DNA from: Dehalococcoidia bacterium
GTDB taxonomy: Bacteria > Chloroflexota > Dehalococcoidia > Plut-88900
Direction: 5' to 3'
Assembly: GCA_965197645.1 (NCBI GenBank)
Contig: OZ240219.1
Location: forward strand, 2,400,001 to 2,464,000
DNA length: 64,000 bases
Shown: piece by piece, positions 47,631-57,676 of the stretch
Layout: each line of letters begins with the position of its first letter
Numbering within the stretch: the first letter of the stretch is position 1
Translations under genes and position numbers: made by a program
Notes under the pieces: generated by a model
What the model saw: only the letters and a program-made list of their open reading frames with translations
Database searches by the model: none
What the model was told of the DNA's origin: nothing

Positions 47631-50012
47631 ATGATTGAGTCCACGGCCGCCAGGAACGTCGGGGCGCGGATCAAGCCGGTAGAGGACCGGAAGCTGATAT
47701 CCGGCCGCGGCAGCTACCTGGACGATATCCAACTCCCAGCCATGGGCCATGCCGCATTCGCCCGGAGCCCCCACGCCCACGCACGGGTCAAGGGCATAGA
47801 CGTCTCTCAGGCCCTGGAGCTCCCTGGCGTACTGGCCGTCAGGACCGGCCCCGAGCTCAACTCCGCCGTGCCCCCTCTGCGTTTGGGCGCCGATTTCCCT
47901 CACGTCGTTCCCGTTGACATAACACCCCTGGCTTCGGACAGGGTGAGATACGTAGGGGAAGCCGTCGCCATCGTCGTGGCTACCGACCGATACGTGGCGG
48001 AGGACGCCGTCGACCTCATCAAAGTGGACTACGAGCCGCTGCCTCCAGTCCTCGACCCCATCGCAGGAGCGCAAGGGGCGGGAACGCCTCTCTACGACGG
48101 TATGGACAGCAACATCGTTGCCCGTAAGCAAGGCTGGGTGGGAGATACGGAATCAGCGTTGCGCCAGGCCCATCTGGTGGTCAAAGATACCTTCCGGCAG
48201 CAGCGGTACACCCACATACCCATGGAGTGCCGGGGCATCCTGGCCGATTGGAACCCCGGCTCCGAGAGCCTGACCCTGCGGGGCTCCTTCCAGATGGCTC
48301 ACGCGCTCCGAGCCCTGTTCGCCGAGGCCCTTGGACTGGCCGAAAACAAGGTGCGCATCGTCGTGCCCGATGTTGGCGGCGCCTTCGGACAGAAGAGCCA
48401 GGTCTACGGTATCGACTTGGCCGTTTGCCTTGCATCCATGGAGCTGGGGATTCCCGTGAAGTGGACCGAGGACAGGCAGGAGAATCTCCTCGCCTCTGGC
48501 CACGCTAGGGAGCACATCATCGAGCTGGAGGTGGCAGTGGAGAGTGATGGGACGATACTGGGAGTCCGCGCCCACCTCATCGATGACATCGGCGCAAGCC
48601 CCTTGCATCCCTGGCCTGCAGATTCCTGGGTCTCTCACGCCGTAAGCCACCTGCCCAATCACTACAAATTCCCAGCATACAGCTGGGAGACGGTGACCGT
48701 TTTGACCAACAAGTCCCCCGAAGCGCCCTACCGAGGGCCGGGCTCCGCCGCTTCGTCCTGGGCCATGGAAGGCACAATAGACATCATCGCCCGAGAGCTG
48801 GGCCTCGATCCGGTGGAGATCAGGATGAGGAACATGGTCCTGGCCCAGGACCAGCCCTACGTGTCACCGGGAGGAAACCTGCTGGAGAACCTCTCATCGG
48901 TGGAGACCTTCGAGCAGGCCCTTGAGATGGTGGGCTACCCCAACCTTCTCCGGGAGCAGCAGGAGGCCCGCAAGAAGGGACGTTACTTGGGGATCGGCAT
49001 CGGCAGCTTCTCCAGCGGCGCCGCCGCGGATGAGGCGATGAACCCCGTCAATTTGGGCCTCAAAGGCTCCGGCCAGGAGGTGGCGACGGTCCGGATGCTG
49101 CCGACGGGCAGGGTCCAGGCATTCACTTCCGTATCTCCCCATGGCCAGGGACTGGAGACCACCCTCGCTCAGATCCTGTCCGACGAGCTGGGCGTCCCTA
49201 TGGATACCGTCGAGATACTCCACGGCGATAGCGACATGCCCGCCGAGGGCGGCGGCACCTGGGGAGACCGCAGCGCTATCCTGGGCGGCGGCGCTATCAT
49301 AGTGGCGTCACGAGACCTGAAGGGCAAGCTGGTCCGGGCGGCCTCCCGGATGCTGGAAGCACGAGAGCAGGACCTGGATCTTCGAGACGGCTACATAGTT
49401 TCGACCAATGGGCCACAGGAGAAACTACCCGTCGCCGACCTTGCCAGCGCCATCTTTCAGGGCACGGGAATCTTCTCCCAGGACATGGTCGAGGGGACGC
49501 TGACCAGCACCCGGCGGTACGAGTACCCCAAGCGGGGTGGCGCCTCCAACGGCGCCCACGTGGCGGTGGTGGAGGTCGATGGGGAGACCGGTGCGATAGA
49601 GATAGTGCGTTACGTCGGCGTTGAAGACGTCGGTCAGGCCATCAATCCCATCGTAGTAGAGGGTCAGATCAGGGGCTGCGTCGCGCAGGGCCTGGGTGGA
49701 GTCCTCCTCGAAGAGCTCACCTACGACGGTTCGGGCCAGCTCCTGACCACCACCTTTATGGACTATCTCATACCCGAAGCTACGGACCTGCCCGATATAG
49801 AAATACAGCTCTATCACAACCCCACTCCCGACACCCTTGGCGGCTTCAAATCGGCGGGCGAGGGAGGAATATGTGGCGCCATATGCGCCCTGTCCAACGC
49901 CGTCGCCGACGCACTCTCGCCCTTCGGCGTCCGCATAAACGAGCTCCCCCTCAAGCCCCACCGCATCCTGGAGCTAATGGGGAAAGTCCCCAAGACCTCC
50001 CATGAGAGTTGA
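47631..50012 (+). CDS. Xanthine dehydrogenase family molybdopterin subunit (CoxL-like, not CODH), paralog 1
   Basis: Motifs RSPHAHAR, VGGAFG.K, PYRGPG, HGQG, VEGQIRG, AGEGG. Confidence 0.9.
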   Translation: MIESTAARNVGARIKPVEDRKLISGRGSYLDDIQLPAMGHAAFARSPHAHARVKGIDVSQALELPGVLAVRTGPELNSAVPPLRLGADFPHVVPVDITPLASDRVRYVGEAVAIVVATDRYVAEDAVDLIKVDYEPLPPVLDPIAGAQGAGTPLYDGMDSNIVARKQGWVGDTESALRQAHLVVKDTFRQQRYTHIPMECRGILADWNPGSESLTLRGSFQMAHALRALFAEALGLAENKVRIVVPDVGGAFGQKSQVYGIDLAVCLASMELGIPVKWTEDRQENLLASGHAREHIIELEVAVESDGTILGVRAHLIDDIGASPLHPWPADSWVSHAVSHLPNHYKFPAYSWETVTVLTNKSPEAPYRGPGSAASSWAMEGTIDIIARELGLDPVEIRMRNMVLAQDQPYVSPGGNLLENLSSVETFEQALEMVGYPNLLREQQEARKKGRYLGIGIGSFSSGAAADEAMNPVNLGLKGSGQEVATVRMLPTGRVQAFTSVSPHGQGLETTLAQILSDELGVPMDTVEILHGDSDMPAEGGGTWGDRSAILGGGAIIVASRDLKGKLVRAASRMLEAREQDLDLRDGYIVSTNGPQEKLPVADLASAIFQGTGIFSQDMVEGTLTSTRRYEYPKRGGASNGAHVAVVEVDGETGAIEIVRYVGVEDVGQAINPIVVEGQIRGCVAQGLGGVLLEELTYDGSGQLLTTTFMDYLIPEATDLPDIEIQLYHNPTPDTLGGFKSAGEGGICGAICALSNAVADALSPFGVRINELPLKPHRILELMGKVPKTSHES

Positions 50013-50063
50013 GGGGGCTATGGAATGGGCCCCTCCCGGACCGGTGTTTGAAAGGCGGCTGCC

Positions 50064-51143
50064 ATGAAGTTCGGAGCGATAGTCGCAACCAAGATCGACG
50101 ACTGGCAGCTCCTCCGCCATGCCGAGGACCTGGGCTATGATCACGGCTGGGTGCCCGACTCCCAGATGATATGGTCAGACTGCTACGCCACCCTGGCCCT
50201 CGCCGCCGAGCACACCTCCCGGATCAAGCTGGGTACCGGCGTATCCATAGCTCCCACCCGCATCGCGCCGGTGACCGCTCACTCCATTGCCTCCATTAAT
50301 CGCATTGCCCCGGGGAGGGTGTTTCTCGGCATCGGCACCGGCTACACGGCCATGAACGTCATGGGCATGAAGCCCATGTCCGGTCGAGACTTCGGCGAAT
50401 ACGTCCGGGTGGTGCGGGCACTTCTCCACGGCGAAGAGGTGGAGTACACCCTTGGCGAGGAGACGCGAGATATCCGGTTCTTGCATACAGACCTCGGATT
50501 CCTGGACCTCGAACACACCGTTCCCATCTACGTCGCCGCCGATGGGCCGCTGGCACTCGCTGCCGCCGGCGCTTACGGAGACGGCCGTATCTCCTCCGGC
50601 GAGTCCAACCAGCGGCTGGAACGCAGCCTTGCCATCATCCAGGAAGGGGCGCAGACCGCCGGACGGGACCTTCCCGAAGACTTTCACACCGCCGAGCTCA
50701 CCTTCGCTTGCGTCCTGGAGCCCGGAGAGGACCTCACCTCCGATCGGGTGATAGACGAGGTCGGGTCCCAGGTCGCCATGTACCTCCACGGCTGCTACGA
50801 GGTGTATATGAAGCGGGGCAACGATGAGTTCGTTCGCCCCGAGGCCATGGACGACTGGAGGGCCTATCGAGACTACGTCGAGCATACCAACGTGGAAAGG
50901 CACAAAATACACCAGCGACTCCACGAGGGACACTGCACCTACCTGGTGCCGGAGGAGCGGAGATTCATCACGCCCAACACAATCCGCGCCGCCAGGGGCC
51001 TGGTAGGTGAGCCCGACGAGATCATCGAGATGCTGCGAGAAAAAGAGAAGCACGGTCTGAAGGAGGTCACCCTGCTCCCTCCCATGGAGCACGCTCGAGA
51101 CAACTTCTCCTCCTTCGCAAAGCACGTCATGGCCCGCTACTGA
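50064..51143 (+). CDS. LLM-class oxidoreductase (Mer/F420-type)
   Basis: Motifs WVPDSQ, TSRIKLGTGV, PGRVFLGIGTG, PIYVAADGP, LVGEPDE. Confidence 0.88.
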   Translation: MKFGAIVATKIDDWQLLRHAEDLGYDHGWVPDSQMIWSDCYATLALAAEHTSRIKLGTGVSIAPTRIAPVTAHSIASINRIAPGRVFLGIGTGYTAMNVMGMKPMSGRDFGEYVRVVRALLHGEEVEYTLGEETRDIRFLHTDLGFLDLEHTVPIYVAADGPLALAAAGAYGDGRISSGESNQRLERSLAIIQEGAQTAGRDLPEDFHTAELTFACVLEPGEDLTSDRVIDEVGSQVAMYLHGCYEVYMKRGNDEFVRPEAMDDWRAYRDYVEHTNVERHKIHQRLHEGHCTYLVPEERRFITPNTIRAARGLVGEPDEIIEMLREKEKHGLKEVTLLPPMEHARDNFSSFAKHVMARY

Positions 51144-51189
51144 CCGGCCGGCAACTATATGCTCACCGAATCACCTAGAGGAAAACAGT

Positions 51190-53547
51190 ATGGCTGATAC
51201 CACAACAAGCGTCGGCTCCCGGGTGCAACCCGTCGAGGACCGGAAGCTGATCTCCGGCGCAGGCGCATACATCGATGACATTCAGCTTCCCCGCATGGTG
51301 CACGCCGCCTTCCTCCGAAGTCCCCACGCCCACGCCCGCATAGTAAGCATCGATACCAGCAAGGCCGAAGAGCTCCCTGGAGTCCTGTTGGTCCGGACCG
51401 GGCGCGATCTCAAGCCCAGGCTCATGGCCCTAGAGGTTGGGGTGGGCATGGACGATGTCGAGACCATCGAAGTCACCCCGCTGGCCCTGGACAAGGTCCG
51501 CATGGTCGGTTCATCCGTCGCCATCGTAGTCGCCACGGACCGCTACATCGCCGAGGACGCCCTGGAGCTGATAGAAGTTGATTACGAGCCTCTCGAACCG
51601 GTCGTCGATCCCCAGGCCTCCGCCAGCGGCGAAGGTACCCCCCTCTACGACCACATGTCCAATAACATCGTCTCCATCAACCGGGACGAGGTTGGCGACA
51701 TGGCGGCGGCCATGGCCGCCGCCGACCGGGTCATCAGGGAGACCTACACCCAGCAGCGCTATACTCACGTCCCCATGGAGTGCCGCGGCATCATCGCTCA
51801 CTGGAACCCAGGCTCCCAGGAGATGGTCATCCGGGCCTCCATCCAGTTCGCCCATGCGGCCCGGTCCATGCTCGCCGAGATCCTGGGGCTCCCCGAGAAC
51901 AAGGTGCGGGTCATCGTTCCCGACGTGGGAGGGGCCTTCGGACAGAAGGGCGGCTTCTACCCAGAGGACATGGCCGTCTACCTGACGGCGCTGGAGTTGG
52001 GGGTGCCGGTCAAATGGATAGAGGACCGGCGGGAGAACCTGTCCGCATCCGCCCATGCTCGCCAGCACTCCATCGAGATGGAGATGCCCGTAAAGAACGA
52101 TGGCACGATCCTGGGCATGAAGGTCCGCATGGTGGACGACGTAGGCTGCGGACCTCTGTATCCAATCGTACCGAACAACTGGGTGTTTAACGCCCTCCAG
52201 CACCTGCCCAGCCATTACAGGGTGCCCGCCTACAGCTGGGAGGCCCTATGCGTGTTGACCAACAAGTCACCCGAAGGTCCCTACCGGGGCCCCGGCGCCG
52301 CCATAGCCTCCTGGACCATGGAGAGCACCCTGGACACCGTCGCTCGGGAGCTGGGCCTGGACCCCGCCGACGTGAGGCGCAAGAACATCGTCCGCAGCGA
52401 TGAGCTGCCCTACGATTCGGTGGGTCGCTTCACCCTTGCCAACGTCTCCTCCCTGGAGACCATGGAGAAAGCCCTGGAGCTCATCGACTACGAGGGTTTC
52501 CGCAAGGAGCAGGAACAGGCACGCAAAGAGGGCCGCAGGCTGGGAATAGGTATCGGCAGCTTCACCAACGGCAACGCGGCCAACGTGAACCCAGCCACCT
52601 TCGGGTTCAAGGGCGCCGGCAAGGAAACGGCCACCGCTCGTGTGCAATCCACGGGCTCGGTGCAGCTCTTCACCGCCCTATCACCCCATGGCCAGGGCTC
52701 GGCAACCACCATGGGACAGGTGCTGGCCGACGAGCTGGGCATTCCCTTCGATACTATCGAAGTCCTTCACGGGGACAGTGACATGCCCGCGGACGGCGCT
52801 GGCACGTGGGGCGACCGCAGCACCATCATGGGCGGCGGCGCCGTCATATCGGCTGGTCGGGGGCTGAAGAAGAAGCTGATCCATGCTGGCTCGCTCCTCC
52901 TGGAGGCCCAGGAAGAGGATCTGGACGTCCAGGATGGGTACGTGTTCTCCAAGAGCAACGCGAATGTGCGCATGTCGGTGGCCGACGTCGCCGAGGCCGT
53001 CTACTCCGGCGCCGACGAGCTAATCGGCAAGTTCGAGGGGGTCTTGGCCAGCACCAACCACTACGAGATTCCCGAGAAGAAGGTTGCGGCCAACGGTTGC
53101 CACGTCGCTATCGTTGAGGTCGATCCGAGCACCGGCACAATTGACATAAAGCGTTACGTTGGAGTGGAGGACGTGGGCCGGGTCATCAACCCCATCGTCG
53201 TAGAAGGTCAGATCAGGGGGTGCGTCGCCCAGGGGCTGGGCGGCGCCCTTTTCGAGCAGATCGTTTACGATGATTCAGGCCAGCTTCTCACCAACAGCTT
53301 CATGGACTACCTCCTACCCGAGGCCACGGACGTGCCCGATATCGAAGTCCACCTTTTCAACAACCCGACCCCCGACACCTTGGGCGGATTCAAGAACGCC
53401 GGAGAGGGAGGCATCCCCGGTTCCCTCTGCTCCGTAACCAACGCCATCGCCGATGCACTGGCGCCCCAGGAAGTCCGCATCAACCGGCTGCCCCTCAAAC
53501 CGGACCGCATCCTGGAGCTGTTGGGCAACGTGTCCCGGGCTTCCTAG
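51190..53547 (+). CDS. Xanthine dehydrogenase family molybdopterin subunit, paralog 2
   Basis: Same motifs as paralog 1, including PYRGPG and AGEGG. Confidence 0.9.
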   Translation: MADTTTSVGSRVQPVEDRKLISGAGAYIDDIQLPRMVHAAFLRSPHAHARIVSIDTSKAEELPGVLLVRTGRDLKPRLMALEVGVGMDDVETIEVTPLALDKVRMVGSSVAIVVATDRYIAEDALELIEVDYEPLEPVVDPQASASGEGTPLYDHMSNNIVSINRDEVGDMAAAMAAADRVIRETYTQQRYTHVPMECRGIIAHWNPGSQEMVIRASIQFAHAARSMLAEILGLPENKVRVIVPDVGGAFGQKGGFYPEDMAVYLTALELGVPVKWIEDRRENLSASAHARQHSIEMEMPVKNDGTILGMKVRMVDDVGCGPLYPIVPNNWVFNALQHLPSHYRVPAYSWEALCVLTNKSPEGPYRGPGAAIASWTMESTLDTVARELGLDPADVRRKNIVRSDELPYDSVGRFTLANVSSLETMEKALELIDYEGFRKEQEQARKEGRRLGIGIGSFTNGNAANVNPATFGFKGAGKETATARVQSTGSVQLFTALSPHGQGSATTMGQVLADELGIPFDTIEVLHGDSDMPADGAGTWGDRSTIMGGGAVISAGRGLKKKLIHAGSLLLEAQEEDLDVQDGYVFSKSNANVRMSVADVAEAVYSGADELIGKFEGVLASTNHYEIPEKKVAANGCHVAIVEVDPSTGTIDIKRYVGVEDVGRVINPIVVEGQIRGCVAQGLGGALFEQIVYDDSGQLLTNSFMDYLLPEATDVPDIEVHLFNNPTPDTLGGFKNAGEGGIPGSLCSVTNAIADALAPQEVRINRLPLKPDRILELLGNVSRAS

Positions 53548-53729
53548 CCGGACATGCTTCGCTCCATGATAGTTAAGACCGATCCTCGGGCGGGCAGTGC
53601 TCACTGTCTTACTGCTGTCGACTGCGTTGATCTACAGCCGCCCCGACAATTGTTGTATCATAGGCCGGCTCCGCCGCTGAGGAGCGTCCGCCAGCGGAAG
53701 AGTAACTACAGTAAGCTAGAGGAGAACCT

Positions 53730-54704
53730 ATGAGCGCGCTGGATAAGTTCAACGCTCGCCTGGACGCAGGTGAAATCATCATTATGGATGGGGGCACCGG
53801 CACCGAGATACATCGCCGGGGCGCTTCCTTCGATCCGAAAACGTGGACCGGCTCGGCCATGTTGGACTATCCCGATCTAGTCAGAGAAATTCACGAAGAC
53901 TATCTCCGGGCCGGCGCCGATATCATCACTGCCAACAGCTTCAGCGCTAGCCCCACCTTTCTGAAACAGGGCGGCCTGGGCCACCGCATTGAAGAGATCA
54001 ACAAGTTGGCGGTGCAGGTTGCCAGAGAGGCGATCGTCAACGCCGCACCCGACAGGGAAGTGCTCCTGGTCGGCTCCATGGCCACTATAAATCCCATGGG
54101 GGATCCTCAGGACCCTGTCACTTACGAAGCGGCCCTCGAGGACTACCGGGAGCAGGCTGGATACCTGGCCGAGGCCGGTGCCGATGTCATCGCTGCCGAG
54201 ATGATCGTCCGCATCACAGATGCGAAAGCCGCCGTGACAGCGGCCACAGAGCTCGGCCTGCCCGCGTGGGTGGGTTTCTCCTCCGTGGTCCGCCCCGAGG
54301 ACGAGCAGATGCTGGGTTACCACGGTCGGGCTGGGGTTGACACCCTGAAAGAGGCGGTGGAGGCCGTCGAGCCCCTTGGCGTGTCGATGTTCCACACCAT
54401 GCACTCCCGGCCGGAGGATACCGCCCCAGCCTACATCGAGATCAAGGAGGTTACCAATCTGCCTGTTGGCGCCTACTCTCACACCATCAAGGACAGGACC
54501 GCAAACGAGGAATTCGATGAGGGATATACCGATCGGATCATCGAGCAGAACCCCACCACCGAAACCTTCCTAGGATTTGCCAGGGAGTGGGCCGCCCTCG
54601 GCGCACAGGTCATCGGTGGCTGCTGCGGCACCACGCCGGACTACATCAAAGCGCTGAAGGTGGGCCTGCTGCCTGGTAGCAGAAGAGTAACTACAGTAAG
54701 CTAG
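53730..54704 (+). CDS. Homocysteine S-methyltransferase family protein, copy 1
   Basis: Motifs MDGGTGTEI, IHEDYLRAGADII, IGGCCGTTP. Confidence 0.9.
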   Translation: MSALDKFNARLDAGEIIIMDGGTGTEIHRRGASFDPKTWTGSAMLDYPDLVREIHEDYLRAGADIITANSFSASPTFLKQGGLGHRIEEINKLAVQVAREAIVNAAPDREVLLVGSMATINPMGDPQDPVTYEAALEDYREQAGYLAEAGADVIAAEMIVRITDAKAAVTAATELGLPAWVGFSSVVRPEDEQMLGYHGRAGVDTLKEAVEAVEPLGVSMFHTMHSRPEDTAPAYIEIKEVTNLPVGAYSHTIKDRTANEEFDEGYTDRIIEQNPTTETFLGFAREWAALGAQVIGGCCGTTPDYIKALKVGLLPGSRRVTTVS

Positions 54705-54714
54705 GGGAGAACCT

Positions 54715-55671
54715 ATGAGCGCTCTGGATAAGTTCAACGCTCGCCTGGACGCAGGTGAAATCATCATTATGGATGGGGGAACCGGCACCGAGATACATCG
54801 CCGGGGCGTCACCGTCGACGCGAAGACCTGGTCCGGCTCGCCGATGTTGGAGCATCCGGGTCTGGTTAGAGAAATCCATGAAGACTATCTCAGAGCCGGC
54901 GCCGATATCATCATCGCCAACACCTTCAGTACCAGCCGTTCCATTCTGGAAGAGGGCGGTATGGGAGACCGCACCGAGGAAGCCAACAGGGCCGCTGTAC
55001 GGATTGCCAGAGAAGCCATTGAGAACGTCGCGCCCGATAGGGAAGTGCTATTGGTCGGCTCCATGGCTACCATCAATCCCCTGGGCGACCCCAATGTACC
55101 CGTCTCTTACGATGCGGCCCTCGATGAATACCGTGAACAGGCCGGGTACCTGGCCGATGCCGGTGTCGATGTCATCGCCGCCGAGATGATCATCAGGATC
55201 GTCGATGCAAAAGCCGCCGTGATCGGGGCCGCCGAGACCGGCCTGCCCGTGTGGATGGGTTTCTCCTCGATCGACCACGAAGGCACGCAGATGCTGGGTC
55301 TTCACAGCTGGCACCAAAACGAGAACCTGAAAGAAGCCGTGGAGACCGTCGAGCCCCTGGGGGTATCGATGTTCCACACCATGCACTCACTGCCTTCGGA
55401 CACCGCCCCGGCCCTTCGTGAGTTGAGAGAGACCACGAAGCTGCCCCTTGGCGCTTACGCCCACACCATCGGAGACGACGTCGCCGAAATGACCTTCGAT
55501 GAGGGATTTCCGGATATAGTCGACAACCAGAACCCTTCCAGCCTGGCCTACCTCCAGTTTGCCAGAAAATGGGCCGATCTGGGAGCACAGGTTATCGGTG
55601 GCTGCTGCGGCACCACCCCGGACCAGATCAAAGCTCTAAAGGAGGGCCTTCCGCAGAAGGTCCCCGCTTGA
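54715..55671 (+). CDS. Homocysteine S-methyltransferase family protein, copy 2
   Basis: Same motifs as copy 1. Confidence 0.9.
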   Translation: MSALDKFNARLDAGEIIIMDGGTGTEIHRRGVTVDAKTWSGSPMLEHPGLVREIHEDYLRAGADIIIANTFSTSRSILEEGGMGDRTEEANRAAVRIAREAIENVAPDREVLLVGSMATINPLGDPNVPVSYDAALDEYREQAGYLADAGVDVIAAEMIIRIVDAKAAVIGAAETGLPVWMGFSSIDHEGTQMLGLHSWHQNENLKEAVETVEPLGVSMFHTMHSLPSDTAPALRELRETTKLPLGAYAHTIGDDVAEMTFDEGFPDIVDNQNPSSLAYLQFARKWADLGAQVIGGCCGTTPDQIKALKEGLPQKVPA

Positions 55672-55686
55672 TACCGGAGACTCGCT

Positions 55687-55803
55687 ATGCCCCGACTCAC
55701 CATCCTCGGCTCCGGCGCTCCGACCCCTACCCCTGACCGATTCGGATCGTCCTTCGTCCTGCACCTGGGCGGCGAGCGAATCATGGTGGAAGTGTCGGTA
55801 TAA
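55687..55803 (+). pseudogene. Truncated 5' copy of the downstream MBL-fold hydrolase gene
   Basis: MPRLTILGSGAPTPTPDRFGSSFVLHLGGERIMVEVSV* matches the N-terminus of 56799-57638 up to about base 55790. Confidence 0.9.
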
Positions 55804-55826
55804 CAACCTAGGCTAAAGGAGAAACG

Positions 55827-56783
55827 ATGAGTGCTCGGGATACTTTTTACGCTCGCCTGAACGCAGGCGAAATCATCATTATGGATGGGGGCACCGGCAC
55901 CGAGATACATCGCCGGGGCGTCACCGTTGACTCGAAAACCTGGTCCGGCTCTCCTATGCTGGAGTATCCGGATCTAGTTAGAGAAATCCACGAAGACTAT
56001 CTCCGGGCCGGCGCCGATATCATCATTGCCAACACCTTTAGCACCAGTCGTGCCGTTCTGGAAAAGGGCGGCCTGGGCGACCGCGTCGAAGAAGCCAACA
56101 AACTGGCGGTAGAGGTAGCCAGAGAGGCGATCGCAAACGCCGCACCCGATAGGGAAGTGCTCTTGGTGGGCTCCATGGCTACCGTCAATCCCCTGGGCGA
56201 TCCCAATATACCCGTCTCCTACGATGCGGCTCTCGATGACTACCGGGAGCAGGCCCGGTACCTGGCCGATGCCGGTGTCGATGTCATCGCCGCCGAGATG
56301 ATCATCAGGATCCTCGATGCAAGAGCTGCCGTGACGGCGGCCGCCGAGACGGGCCTGCCCGTTTGGGTGGGTTTCTCATCGGAGGACCGCGTGGGCAAGC
56401 AGATGCTGGGTCTTCACGGCTGGGCCGGTAACGAGAGCTTGAAAGAAGCAGTGAAGACCGTCGAGCCCATGGGGGTGTCGATGTTCTACACTATGCACTC
56501 GCTCCCGGAGAATACCGCCCCGGCCCTTCTCGAGCTGAAAGAGGTCACGAACCTGCCTCTGGGGGCTTACTCTCACACCGTCCGGGATGACGTCGCAAAG
56601 ACAGTATTAGAAGACGGAAGTCCAGAACGGGTCGTGGCGCAGAACCCTTCCAGCGAAGCTTTTCTCGGATTTGCCAGAGAGTGGGCCGGCCTCGGCGCGC
56701 GGGTCATCGGTGGCTGCTGCGGCACCACCCCGGACCACATCAGAGCGCTGAAGGAAGGCCTGCCGCAGAAAGTACCTGCTTGA
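55827..56783 (+). CDS. Homocysteine S-methyltransferase family protein, copy 3
   Basis: Same motifs as copy 1; AAGGAG RBS. Confidence 0.9.
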   Translation: MSARDTFYARLNAGEIIIMDGGTGTEIHRRGVTVDSKTWSGSPMLEYPDLVREIHEDYLRAGADIIIANTFSTSRAVLEKGGLGDRVEEANKLAVEVAREAIANAAPDREVLLVGSMATVNPLGDPNIPVSYDAALDDYREQARYLADAGVDVIAAEMIIRILDARAAVTAAAETGLPVWVGFSSEDRVGKQMLGLHGWAGNESLKEAVKTVEPMGVSMFYTMHSLPENTAPALLELKEVTNLPLGAYSHTVRDDVAKTVLEDGSPERVVAQNPSSEAFLGFAREWAGLGARVIGGCCGTTPDHIRALKEGLPQKVPA

Positions 56784-56798
56784 TACTGGAGACGCACT

Positions 56799-57638
56799 AT
56801 GCTCCGACTCACCGTCCTCGGCTCCGGCGCTCCGACCCCTACCCCTGACCGGTTCGGCTCATCCTTCGTCCTGCACCTGGGCGACGAGCGAATCATGGTG
56901 GACTGCGGGCCTGCTACTACCCACAAGTTGGTCAAAGCCGGCCTTTGGCCCACCGACATCGACTACCTGTTCTTCACCCACCATCACTTCGACCACGATA
57001 TCGATTACCCCTGTTTCCTTTTGACACGCTGGGACCAGGACATCGGGCAGGCGAACCGTCTCCAGGTCTTCGGGCCCTCTCCCACGGAGAAGCTGACCGA
57101 GGACCTCATCAGCGAGAACGGCGCCTTCGCCCACGATTGGAAGGCCCGCATAAACGCGCCCCTGAGCCACCTGGTCTACACCGCAAGGGGAGGGGCGTTG
57201 CCCCGGAAACCGCCCGACGTGGCAGTAAAAGACATAGGCCCGGGCGCCGTTTACTCGGGCGCGGACTGGAATGTCACCGCCGCTCCCGCCGAGCACGTAG
57301 AGCCGTGGCTAGACTCTCTCGCATACCGGTTTGACAGCTCCCAGGGCAGCATCGTCTTCACCGGCGATACTCAGCCCTGCGCTTCCGTGGTCGATCTGTC
57401 CCGGGACGCCGACGTCATGGTCTGCATGTGCATCGGTCTCCAGGAGATCATGGGCTGCAGCGGCCCCCAGGGCGCCGCCGAAATGGCCCGCCAGGCCGGG
57501 GTGAAGAAGTTGGTTCTGGTCCATATAGGCGAGGGGTTTTCCGGGCACGGGACCATGGAGGAGGGAATCGGGCTGGCAAAAACCGGCTTCGAAGGCCAGG
57601 TCTTCTTCACCAAGGAGCTGCAGACCCTGGACCTCTAG
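56799..57638 (+). CDS. MBL-fold metallo-hydrolase (RNase Z/AtsA-like)
   Basis: Motifs LGSGAP, MVDCG, THHHFDH, AEH, FTGDT, LVLVH. Confidence 0.88.
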   Translation: MLRLTVLGSGAPTPTPDRFGSSFVLHLGDERIMVDCGPATTHKLVKAGLWPTDIDYLFFTHHHFDHDIDYPCFLLTRWDQDIGQANRLQVFGPSPTEKLTEDLISENGAFAHDWKARINAPLSHLVYTARGGALPRKPPDVAVKDIGPGAVYSGADWNVTAAPAEHVEPWLDSLAYRFDSSQGSIVFTGDTQPCASVVDLSRDADVMVCMCIGLQEIMGCSGPQGAAEMARQAGVKKLVLVHIGEGFSGHGTMEEGIGLAKTGFEGQVFFTKELQTLDL

Positions 57639-57676
57639 CTGCGGCCCCCGTTCCGTCGAAGGTCTATACTCCCGGA

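Noticed and set aside
47631-53547. Aerobic CO dehydrogenase (coxL)
   Set aside because: The active-site loop is PYRGPG, not AYxCSFR or AYRGAGR, and there are no coxM or coxDEFG genes.
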